Source: an uncultured Methanomassiliicoccales archaeon (GTDB taxonomy: Archaea; Thermoplasmatota; Thermoplasmata; RBG-16-68-12; EA-27). Taken from it: a DNA stretch of 64,000 bases. Under the pieces are notes generated by a model. It made no database searches and was not told the origin of the DNA. It worked only from the letters and a program-made list of their open reading frames with translations. Made by a program: the position numbers and the translations under genes. Each line of letters starts with the position of its first letter. Position 1 is the stretch's first letter. The DNA is taken from positions 72,500 through 136,499 of the forward strand of contig CAYNEM010000008.1 of assembly GCA_964396265.1 (NCBI GenBank), written 5' to 3'. Below are positions 37,101 through 45,199 of the stretch, piece by piece.

Positions 37101-38736
37101 CGCGCGGAGGTCGAGGTGATCTCGGTGACCTCGTGATCGATGGCGACGACGTCGTCTCCGGGGATGGGACCCGGGATCTGCGGCGGGTCGTCCTCCGGTG
37201 GGATATTCCCTGCGCGGGTGCCAATCTGGCCCGGGGCGTTGCGGGGAATCAGATCCCTGATGAGGAGGTCGACGAGGGGGAGCAGGTGATCCTGGGCCTC
37301 GCGGTCCACGAGGAGGTCGTCCCTCGGGTCGCCGCCTGCGGTTCCGTCCATCCGCTGACGGAGATCCCCGAGCGTCTGGACCGCTCCCCGGTTCTCCCCT
37401 GCCGCAATCTGCTTGGCAGCCATGTCGACCCTCCCGAGCAGGGCCGCCTTCGACTGCACCTGCGGCGGCGCGAAGGCGTCCAAGGGGAGTCGCCTCAGGT
37501 ACGTCCCGACGCTCCGGATGCTCGGCTTCGTGAGCCCCGCGTCGGTGTCGCCGTAGATCTCCGGCTCCCCGTCTCGGGCATCTTGCCACGCGACGAACGC
37601 AACGTCCTTCGAACGACGAGGCTCGGGGCCTCCGCCGCGGATCGCGTGTGCGTGATTCGCTGCGCGCGGAGGTTCGGGTCTCCGTTGGGAGCGAGCCCGC
37701 GGGAGAACACCTGCCACACGCCGGTCCGGGAATCCTGCCACGCGACGCGGACCCGCCCCGTCGCGTTCAGCGCGACGCTCGGCTGGCGCGCGTCGGAGTC
37801 TCCCGGGGTCAGTGGCCCCGACGATGTCCACGATGCCCCTGCATCCGCGCTGAACGCAGTGCGGACTTGGTAGTGACCGAACCGGTTGTCGCTCCACGCA
37901 AGTTGGAGATGGGGCCCCGCGGCCAAGGAGAGGGAGGCGGGGTCGAGGGAGCCTTGGAAGATGGTGATCGAGGAAGGGGATCCCGTCGCTCCCGACCCTA
38001 GATTCACCGAGACATGCACAAGGGCGGTCGCTTCCTCCACGCGCTCGTCCCACACGACATGGAGCCGGCCGCTGCGGACGACCGTCTCGACATCCGCGGC
38101 CCTTGCGGAGAAGGCGGTCAGGGCCGTCGCGTTCCCCACGGTGGTCCCCATGTGCTCGACCATGACGCTCCGAATCGCGGTCCCGTTCGGACTGTGCCAA
38201 AGGAATGTGAGGATGGCCCGATCTCCGACGACTTGGACATCGGGGGCCCAACCCGCCCCGACGAGGATCTGAGGGGTCCATCGCTGACCATCGGGTGAAA
38301 ACATGTAGAACGTGGAGCGGGTCGGCTGCCCGTCAATCGTCGCCAGGGCGTCCCATGCGAGGGCGACCGCCCGGTTGTCCGCGCCGATGCTGAGGTTTCC
38401 CGGGCTCGCGGGGGCGGCCAACGAACGGTCCGACGAGAATGTCCGACCTCCGTCGGCGGTCGCCTTGTGGAAAACGTGAAGCGAGCCCGAGCGTCCGTCG
38501 AGCCAACCGAGATGGATTGCCTCCGTCCCCGCGGCGAGCTCCGGGACAAGGGAAGAGCCCGCGGCGAGCGTAAGCCTCCGCCCGTTCTCGAGGGAGGCGT
38601 CCGGCGCATCCCCAAGGGGCGGGGCGCTCGTAGGAGTCGTACCTCCCTGTAGGCTTGAAAACGTCACCGAGACGACCACGAATGCGCAGAACAGGGCACC
38701 TAGTTTCAGACCGGATCCGACCGACAGCCACCGCAT
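31181..38736 (-). CDS. Giant surface protein (~2500 aa) with apparent internal -1 frameshift: signal peptide, BNR/Asp-box beta-propeller, >=5 fibronectin-III-like domains, PPC-like domain, thrombospondin-type-3 Ca-binding repeats, C-terminal ~10-TM polytopic membrane domain
   Basis: N-terminal part in frame A (38736-37495): signal peptide MRWLSVGSGLKLGALFCAFVVVSVTF and Asp-box-like repeats (…VRVAWQDSRTGVWQV…). The rest is in frame B (38281-31181): KDVAFVAWQDARDGEPEIYGD; FN3-like units (…TIKWDSNLVATGKVYYGTTNNYGQTATGPTGSTHSIPLTGLTPKTKYYFFVESV…, repeated with TGADGTSH motifs); TSP3-like DTDEDGIEDGDE / DPTNPDTDGDGVNDYLDWDP. The C-terminal 450 aa hold ~10 hydrophobic helices. Both frames are protein-like around 37600-37750; the junction is near a G/C homopolymer (~37625-37630). 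Confidence 0.65.
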
Positions 38737-39334
38737 GACGCTTACCTCCTCCGCCCTCCTACGACGAGGGAGGGCAGCTGTGGATGCTCCCTCCGGGATA
38801 TAAAGCAAGGGTGGAACATGTTCCGATTTTCAGAGAATTCCGCCACCAAGGTCGTCCTCATGACTCAGCGTTGAAGTCTGTCTGGACGGTGGGGCGGATT
38901 GACCTTCTCGGATGCACATTCCTTCGGCTTCTCCGAGACAGTGCGGACGCTCCTCGACGAGGAGCGCCGCGCGCTCGACAAGTGCCGGCCAGCACCTCCC
39001 CTCTCCAACTATGAGACCGCCAACGCCAGGACTTCGCTGCAAGGAGACTCCCTTTCGAGCGCCGCGATCGTCAGACCGGTCCACACCAGGATCCTCCCAT
39101 CCCGGATGAGGTAGAACTCTCCGTAGTCGTACAGCCGAACGCTCCGATCCAACTCACGGGTGACTCGTCTGCACATACACCAATCCGCGCGAGGATTATC
39201 CTCCTTCACTCTCATCCGATGCGGACGTGCATGCAGAGGGAGGGTAGGACGTCTTCAGCGCGTACTCACAACTCCCCCCTTCGGGTTCGTCGCGTTGCGC
39301 ATCGGACTACCGCCTGTCCACACCAAATCCCGTG

Positions 39335-39712
39335 CTAGGCCACAACCTCGAGGGGCCACGGCCTCCCGTAGTGGTCGTACGCCCGCCATGTGTCGTTTGC
39401 GTACGGCATCCCGGTGATGATGTGAATTCTTCCGAAGTGCGAGAACAGCTGGAGGTCCGCTTCCGACGGGTTGTAGTTCCCGCTCGGGTGGGAGTGGATC
39501 GTGCCGACGACGGAGAAGTCGATCGGGAGCATGTGGAGCTGGAAGATCGCGTGCACGTCCCCGGAGACCGTGCCGGGCAGGAGGAGGATCTCCTCGATCA
39601 CTCCCTCCTCGGCCCGGAGGATCGCGGCGAACTCCTTCGGGTACGTGTCCTTCGACGCTTCGAGAATCATCCGGAGGGTCTTGCGGCGGATCCCGTAGAC
39701 CTTCTTCGCCAT
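39335..39712 (-). CDS. JAMM/MPN+ family metalloprotease (JAB domain)
   Basis: EEILLLPGTVSGDVHAIF...GTIHSHPSGNYNPSEADL carries the JAMM motif HxHx7Sx2D. Confidence 0.8.
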   Translation of the reverse strand: MAKKVYGIRRKTLRMILEASKDTYPKEFAAILRAEEGVIEEILLLPGTVSGDVHAIFQLHMLPIDFSVVGTIHSHPSGNYNPSEADLQLFSHFGRIHIITGMPYANDTWRAYDHYGRPWPLEVVA

Positions 39713-39836
39713 CGACTAGCTCCTCGCCCCTCGGGGAAAGGGGTCGTACGCCAAGCGGTTGGGGGCTGCAAGAACCCGACGCACAAGATCCGCGGTGAGA
39801 GGATGGTCCCCCTCCCCCGAGGGCTTGCACACGACC

Positions 39837-40028
39837 TTAAACGGGGGCACGCCGCTTCAACCGCCGCTTGATCTCCGCTATGTCTATGGGAGTCTCGTTC
39901 CGCCGCTCCGCCACCACCGCCAAGTCATGCAAGTCCTCGAGAAGCTGCTCGTAGTCCTCTAGAGGAAGGACGACGGCCGAACGTCGGCCCTTCCCATCGA
40001 CCAAGAATCTCCCCGGCGCGGTCACCAT
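39837..40028 (-). CDS. Phd/YefM-family type II antitoxin (orphan)
   Basis: RRSAVVLPLEDYEQLLEDLHDLAVVAERRNE is the canonical Phd/YefM fold signature. There is no toxin ORF in the 124-nt downstream gap. Confidence 0.65.
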   Translation of the reverse strand: MVTAPGRFLVDGKGRRSAVVLPLEDYEQLLEDLHDLAVVAERRNETPIDIAEIKRRLKRRAPV

Positions 40029-40085
40029 TGTGTTCTCAACGGCGCTCCGCGTATAAGAGATTGCTCCTCATAGTCGACCGTCGCA

Positions 40086-40892
40086 TCATCTGCGTGCGAC
40101 GAGCTTCTCCTCGATCCGGCGGTAGAAGTCCTCCCCGAATTTCACGAGCCTCGCACGCGACTCCGATCCGCCGAATCGCAGGTCCTCCGTCCCCTTGAGC
40201 TCGACCTCGTGCTGGCCGTCGAGGACGAGGAGGCACTCCTTCGGCTTCGAGAGTTTCACGCGGATCTGCGCCGAGGTCGGTACGACCGTCGCTCGCGCCG
40301 CCGGCTTGAACGGCGCGATCGCGCTGATCACGAACGCTTCCACGCGCGGATCCACGATCGGCCCGCCGACGCTCAGGTTGTACGAAGTCGACCCCGTCGG
40401 CGTCGCGACGATGATGCCGTCCGCGCGGACCTTCTGCACAAGCGTCGCGTTGAGCCACACCTCGAAGTCTCGGATCTTCGCGATGTGCGCGGTGTGCAGG
40501 ACCGCCTCGTTCGTGCAGTCGTAGAGGCGCTTCCCGTCCACGGTCACCTTCAGTTTCGTGCGCGCCTCGATCGCGTAGTCCTTCCTCGCGAGGCGCGCGA
40601 GCGCCGCGGGGAACTCGTCCACCGTCACCTCCGTGAGAAAGCCGAGGGACCCGCTGTTGATCCCCAGGATCTCCCGCCGCGTCCGCTGGAGCGCGCGGAG
40701 CACTGTGCCGTCCCCCCCGACCGCGAGGACGACGTCCACGTCCATCTTCTCGAGGCTCGTCCCCTTCGTCCCGAGGGCCGCCGCGATGTCGGGCTCCAGC
40801 ACGACCCTGTGCTTCCCGACCTGCTTAAGAATGGCCTCGACGCCCCGGCGCGCGTGCGGGATGTGCGGATTGGCGGTGATGCCGAACTTCAC
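40086..40892 (-). CDS. nadK: NAD(+) kinase
   Basis: GGDGT motif (LAVGGDGTVL), NE/D short motif and the conserved C-terminal beta domain. Confidence 0.85.
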   Translation of the reverse strand: MKFGITANPHIPHARRGVEAILKQVGKHRVVLEPDIAAALGTKGTSLEKMDVDVVLAVGGDGTVLRALQRTRREILGINSGSLGFLTEVTVDEFPAALARLARKDYAIEARTKLKVTVDGKRLYDCTNEAVLHTAHIAKIRDFEVWLNATLVQKVRADGIIVATPTGSTSYNLSVGGPIVDPRVEAFVISAIAPFKPAARATVVPTSAQIRVKLSKPKECLLVLDGQHEVELKGTEDLRFGGSESRARLVKFGEDFYRRIEEKLVARR

Positions 40893-41653
40893 GGGAGGGC
40901 CTCCAGCGCACGGCGGTCGCCCACCGCCACGAGGTTCGTCCGCGACTTGAGGTCCAGGGGCATGTCGAGGTCCTCGCGATTCGAGTCCACGACGACGCCG
41001 CCCGCCTCGCGCACGAGAAGGACACCCGCGGCGACGTCCATCACCCGCAACCGCGACTCGCGAATCGTGTTCATGTAGTACAGATCGAGGGCTCCTGATG
41101 CCACCCCGCAGAGGTCGAGGCTCGCGGACCCGAGGCTACGGACGCGCCGCGCAGACCTGGCGACGTCGTACGCCGCCGCCTCCGCCATCGAGCCGAGGTA
41201 CACGGAGAACATGGCCTCCTTCGCGTCGAACGCGCGCGTCGCGATCTTCGTTCCGTTCCGGAAGCTCCCGCCGCCTTTCTCCGCGTAGAACGTGTCGCCC
41301 GAGGGCAGATGGCGCACGAGGCCGTGGCTCACATTCGCGAGCCGGTCCTCCCCGACGGCGAGGCTCGTCGCGTAGAACGGCAGGCCGCGGACCGCGTTGT
41401 ACGTGCCGTCGATCGGGTCGAGGACGAGCGTCCGAGAACCCCCGCGATCCACGAACCCCGCCTCTTCGCTGAGCACGTTCAGGTCCGAATCGTTGTACGC
41501 GAGGTACCGTAGGACCGCCTCTTCCGCGATCTTGTCGATCGCCTGCGTGGGCGTCCCGTAGGCCCCCGTCCCCATGATCTCCCCTGCATCGCCGACGAAC
41601 GAGCGGACGGCGTTCGTCACCTCGTCGGCAAGTTCGTGCAGGAGGTCCTTCAT
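40889..41653 (-). CDS. Inositol-monophosphatase/FBPase-family phosphatase (archaeal NADP phosphatase type)
   Basis: LVLDPIDGTYN and WDxAAG-like motifs (MDVAAGVLLVREAGG). 4-nt overlap with nadK, i.e. a split version of the fused MJ0917-type enzyme. Confidence 0.75.
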   Translation of the reverse strand: MKDLLHELADEVTNAVRSFVGDAGEIMGTGAYGTPTQAIDKIAEEAVLRYLAYNDSDLNVLSEEAGFVDRGGSRTLVLDPIDGTYNAVRGLPFYATSLAVGEDRLANVSHGLVRHLPSGDTFYAEKGGGSFRNGTKIATRAFDAKEAMFSVYLGSMAEAAAYDVARSARRVRSLGSASLDLCGVASGALDLYYMNTIRESRLRVMDVAAGVLLVREAGGVVVDSNREDLDMPLDLKSRTNLVAVGDRRALEALP

Positions 41654-41758
41654 GGGGCGTGCGTAGGTCCGGCAACCTATTAGGTTTGCGTCGGGCTTCC
41701 ATGTAGCGACGCATCCTTTAACTACGCGTCCATCCTACACGCGCGCGAGGGCCGGAGA

Positions 41759-44700
41759 GTGCGGGGCAGCGTTTCGCTCATCCTCGTCATCTTGGCCTTC
41801 GCAGCGCTCGCCCCGGGGTTCGCCGGAGCCGCGGACGATTTTCCTTCCTTGTCGTCGGCCAGCATTGCACCCACATCGATCCCTCCGATTCCCGCATCCG
41901 GCGATGGATCCCCCGGCACGACGATCCCGCCGATCCCTTCGCCCCTCGATGCGCCGTTCGGACCAAACGTGCGTGTGAGCGAGACGGACACCTCGGGGAA
42001 CCAGAACGAGATCACGATGGCGGTCGCCTCGGACGGGCGGATCCACATGGGTTGGAACGACGCCCGAGCTCCGAACCCGGACTACCGCTGCGGGTACTCG
42101 TACTCGACCGACGGGGGCATAACGTGGTCCGCGAACCGGCTTCTCCACCTCGATCCCTGGGAGGCCGACGGGGACCCGTTCGTCATGGTGGACTCCAACG
42201 ACGACGTGTACTTCATCTGCATGCCGTTCAACCGCACGGCAGGCGGCTCGCGGATCGTCGTCTATAAGTCCACGGACGGCGGCGTCACGTTCGCGCCGCC
42301 AGTGATTGCGAGCGACACGACGAACGGGTTCAACGACAAGCCCTGGGCGCACGCGGTCGGGACCGTCCTCCACGTCTGCTACGCGAACTTCGCGGGGGGC
42401 ACGGAGCTCCGGTACACGCGGTCGACGGACGGCGGGCAGACCTGGGCGCCGACGCGCATCCTCGACCGGAACGGGAACGGTTGCGTGTTCGCCTCCAGCG
42501 CCGCCGGGATGCTGTATCTCGGGTGGGTCCGCGGTGGCGGCATCTACGTGCTCTCCTCCTTCGACGGCGGCGCGAGCTGGTCTGTCCCCCGGTTTGCGGG
42601 GGCGGCTCCCTTCACCGGAGCCGGGGACCAGCGGGCCGGCCCGCTGCCGGCAATCGCGGCGGACTGGATCGGCGGGAACGTGTACGTCGTGTGGACCGCG
42701 GACGACGGCCTGGGGGCGTGGGACGTCCTCCTCTCGCGTTCGAGTGACAACGGGGTGACGTGGTCCGCCCCCGTCACTCCGAGCGACGATTCCAACGGCC
42801 GCCAATTCATGCCCGGCATCGGCGTCGACGCGGGCGGGATGGTCCACGTGTCCTGGTACGATTCCCGGACAGGATTGATGACGTACCGCTACGCGGCGTC
42901 GGCGAACGGGGGCCGGGATTGGATCCCCAGCTTCCGGGTGACGGACACGGAATGGGTCTCACAGTTCTTCATCGGGGACTACACGACGCTCGTCGCGGAC
43001 TCCTTCGGATACGTCAACTGCGCATGGGCGGACGCGCGGAGCGGCGAGGTTGAGGCTTATTTTGCTCGTGCGATCCCACCCGGTCCTCCCACGCTCTCGC
43101 GCATTGAGGTTACGCCGCCCGAGGCGTGGACGGACACGGACACGCCGGTCATGTTCACCGCCCTGGGCTATGACCAATTCGGCAGCCCGTACCCCTCGTT
43201 CCCCGCGTGGCAGGCGACGGGAGGGTCCATCGTCGGCGGCGCCTACATCCCGCAGGTCGCGGGAGATTGGCAGGTGTGGGCGAACCAGAGCGGCGTCTCC
43301 GGGTCCGCCGTCGTCCACGTCTCCCCGGGCGGCCTCGCGCGGATTGCGATCGACCCTGCGAGCGCGACCCTCACCGCAGACGACACGGTCCAGTTCACCG
43401 CCACGGGCTACGACGCCCGGGACAATGTCGTCGCCATCGTCCCGTCGTGGGCGTCCACGAACGGTTCCGTCAGTGCCGGCCTCTTCACGCCCTATCGTAT
43501 GGGGACGTGGGCGGTCTTCGCGAACGCCAGCGGGATTTCCGGCTCCGCCCCGGTCACCGTGCTCCCCGGCGCATTGGCGGCGATTGACGTCACGCCTCCA
43601 GTGGCGGCGATGACCGCGGACGAGGTGCTCGACTTCGATGCCACGGGACGCGACGCGAAGGGGAATCCCGTGCCGGTGTCCCCGCGCTGGTCGTCGGGCG
43701 GCGGCACGATCGATGCGCAGGGGTTTTACGACGCCCATGCGGTCGGCGTCTGGGATGTCCGGGCGGAGGCCTTCGGCGTTGCCGGGCTCGCCCAAGTCAC
43801 GGTGGTGCCCGGCGCCCTCGCGCTCATCGAAGTGACGCCGGCGAGCGTGGTGATCACCGCCGATGAGGTCGCGTCCTTCGCGGCACAGGGATTCGACGCG
43901 GATGGGAACTCCGTCGCGATCACGCCCGCATGGTCCACGGACGCGGGTTCGGTCTCCACGGCGGGCCTGTACACGCCGGGCCCCGTCGGCGCGCATGTCG
44001 TGATCGCGGCCGTCGGCTTCGTCTCAGGGCTGGCGACCGTCGCGGTCTTCCCGGGCGCCTTGGCCCGAATTGATGTCGATCCACCGGCTCCCACGATCAC
44101 CGCGGACCAGACCGTAGATCTCGTCGCGACGGGCTACGACGCCAAGGGGAATCGCATGGGCGCCGTCTTCCTCTGGGAGGCCATGTGCGGAATCGTCACG
44201 CAATCCGGGCGGTTCGAACCCGCCCTTGCCGGGGTGTGCGTGGTCTACGCGAACGCGTCCGGGGTCTCGGGGAGTGCCGCCATCACGGTCGTCCCCGGCC
44301 TCCTCGCGCGATTGGACGTCACGCCGCCAACGATCACGATTACCGCCGACGAGACCGCGCAATTCTCCGTCCGAGGATTCGACGCGAAGGGGAACGAGGT
44401 CCCTGCGGCGCCCCTCTGGACCGCGGACGCGGGAGGCATCAGCTCATCCGGGCGATACAGCCCCACGATCCGGGGGACGTGGGCGGTCCTTGCGCAGGAG
44501 GGGCTCGTGGTCGGCAGCGCCCAGGTGACCGTCGTCCCCGGGGCTCTCGTTCGCATCGTGGTCGTCCCGGACCTTGTGACGATCCGCTCGGACGAGACCG
44601 CTACGTTCTCCGCGGTGGGGATGGACCGCGCGGGCAACGAGGTCGTGCTCGGCACCGTCGTCTGGTCCACGACGAACGGGACCATCGAGGGCGGCCGGTT

Positions 44701-45142
44701 CGAACCGTGGCGCAAGGGCGTTCAACAGATCCGTGCCGCGGTCAGCACAACGCAGGGGGTCGCAACGGCCATCGTGATCCCTGGCGCGGTCGCCTCCGTC
44801 GTGCTCACGCCGGGAGCCGCCCTGGTCCGTACGGGGGAGTCCCTCGTCTTCATCGCCCGGGCGTACGATGCGAAAGGCAACCGGGTCGAGAACGCGACGA
44901 TCTCGTGGCACGTCGACGGGGGGATCGGGACCGTCGATGGCGACGGCAGGTTCACCGCCACAGCCGGAGGCTTGGGTCGCGTCGTGGTCGTCGCCACTGG
45001 CGGCGGGGGGACGTCCAGCGCCCTCGCGCGGGTGGAAGTGCCCACCTCGCCGCTCTACTTGCTCGCCTTGGCGGTCCTCATCCTCGTCCCGCCGCTCGTC
45101 CTCTGGTGGCGCCGGCGGAAGCCGCCCGACGCGGCCTCATGA
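41759..45142 (+). CDS. Cell-surface protein (1127 aa): signal peptide, BNR/Asp-box beta-propeller, ~10 Big_2-like Ig domains, C-terminal TM anchor
   Basis: Signal peptide MRGSVSLILVILAFAALAPGFAGA. Asp-boxes YSTDGGITWSA, KSTDGGVTFAP, RSTDGGQTWAP, SSFDGGASWSV, RSSDNGVTWSA. Repeated ~85-aa units (…TATGYDAxGNxV…WSxxxGxIxxxGxFTP…) and the C-terminal segment PLYLLALAVLILVPPLVLWWRRRKPP. Confidence 0.8.
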   Translation: MRGSVSLILVILAFAALAPGFAGAADDFPSLSSASIAPTSIPPIPASGDGSPGTTIPPIPSPLDAPFGPNVRVSETDTSGNQNEITMAVASDGRIHMGWNDARAPNPDYRCGYSYSTDGGITWSANRLLHLDPWEADGDPFVMVDSNDDVYFICMPFNRTAGGSRIVVYKSTDGGVTFAPPVIASDTTNGFNDKPWAHAVGTVLHVCYANFAGGTELRYTRSTDGGQTWAPTRILDRNGNGCVFASSAAGMLYLGWVRGGGIYVLSSFDGGASWSVPRFAGAAPFTGAGDQRAGPLPAIAADWIGGNVYVVWTADDGLGAWDVLLSRSSDNGVTWSAPVTPSDDSNGRQFMPGIGVDAGGMVHVSWYDSRTGLMTYRYAASANGGRDWIPSFRVTDTEWVSQFFIGDYTTLVADSFGYVNCAWADARSGEVEAYFARAIPPGPPTLSRIEVTPPEAWTDTDTPVMFTALGYDQFGSPYPSFPAWQATGGSIVGGAYIPQVAGDWQVWANQSGVSGSAVVHVSPGGLARIAIDPASATLTADDTVQFTATGYDARDNVVAIVPSWASTNGSVSAGLFTPYRMGTWAVFANASGISGSAPVTVLPGALAAIDVTPPVAAMTADEVLDFDATGRDAKGNPVPVSPRWSSGGGTIDAQGFYDAHAVGVWDVRAEAFGVAGLAQVTVVPGALALIEVTPASVVITADEVASFAAQGFDADGNSVAITPAWSTDAGSVSTAGLYTPGPVGAHVVIAAVGFVSGLATVAVFPGALARIDVDPPAPTITADQTVDLVATGYDAKGNRMGAVFLWEAMCGIVTQSGRFEPALAGVCVVYANASGVSGSAAITVVPGLLARLDVTPPTITITADETAQFSVRGFDAKGNEVPAAPLWTADAGGISSSGRYSPTIRGTWAVLAQEGLVVGSAQVTVVPGALVRIVVVPDLVTIRSDETATFSAVGMDRAGNEVVLGTVVWSTTNGTIEGGRFEPWRKGVQQIRAAVSTTQGVATAIVIPGAVASVVLTPGAALVRTGESLVFIARAYDAKGNRVENATISWHVDGGIGTVDGDGRFTATAGGLGRVVVVATGGGGTSSALARVEVPTSPLYLLALAVLILVPPLVLWWRRRKPPDAAS

Positions 45143-45148
45143 TAATGC

Positions 45149-45155
45149 TTATATA
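45149..45155. promoter_or_regulatory. TATA box (TTATATA) upstream of the thermosome gene
   Basis: gcTTATATAgaag lies ~45 nt upstream of ATG 45200. Typical archaeal promoter spacing. Confidence 0.5.
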
Positions 45156-45199
45156 GAAGAGCACGTCTATTCGCGCCCGCTGAATTGGGGGTTTAGACG

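Noticed and set aside
38784-39215. Small ORFs 38784-39014 (+), 38899-39114 (+) and 39009-39215 (-) in the gene-poor interval
   Set aside because: Mutually overlapping, with no start-context or family support. Kept only as a possible ncRNA/small-ORF region in findings.
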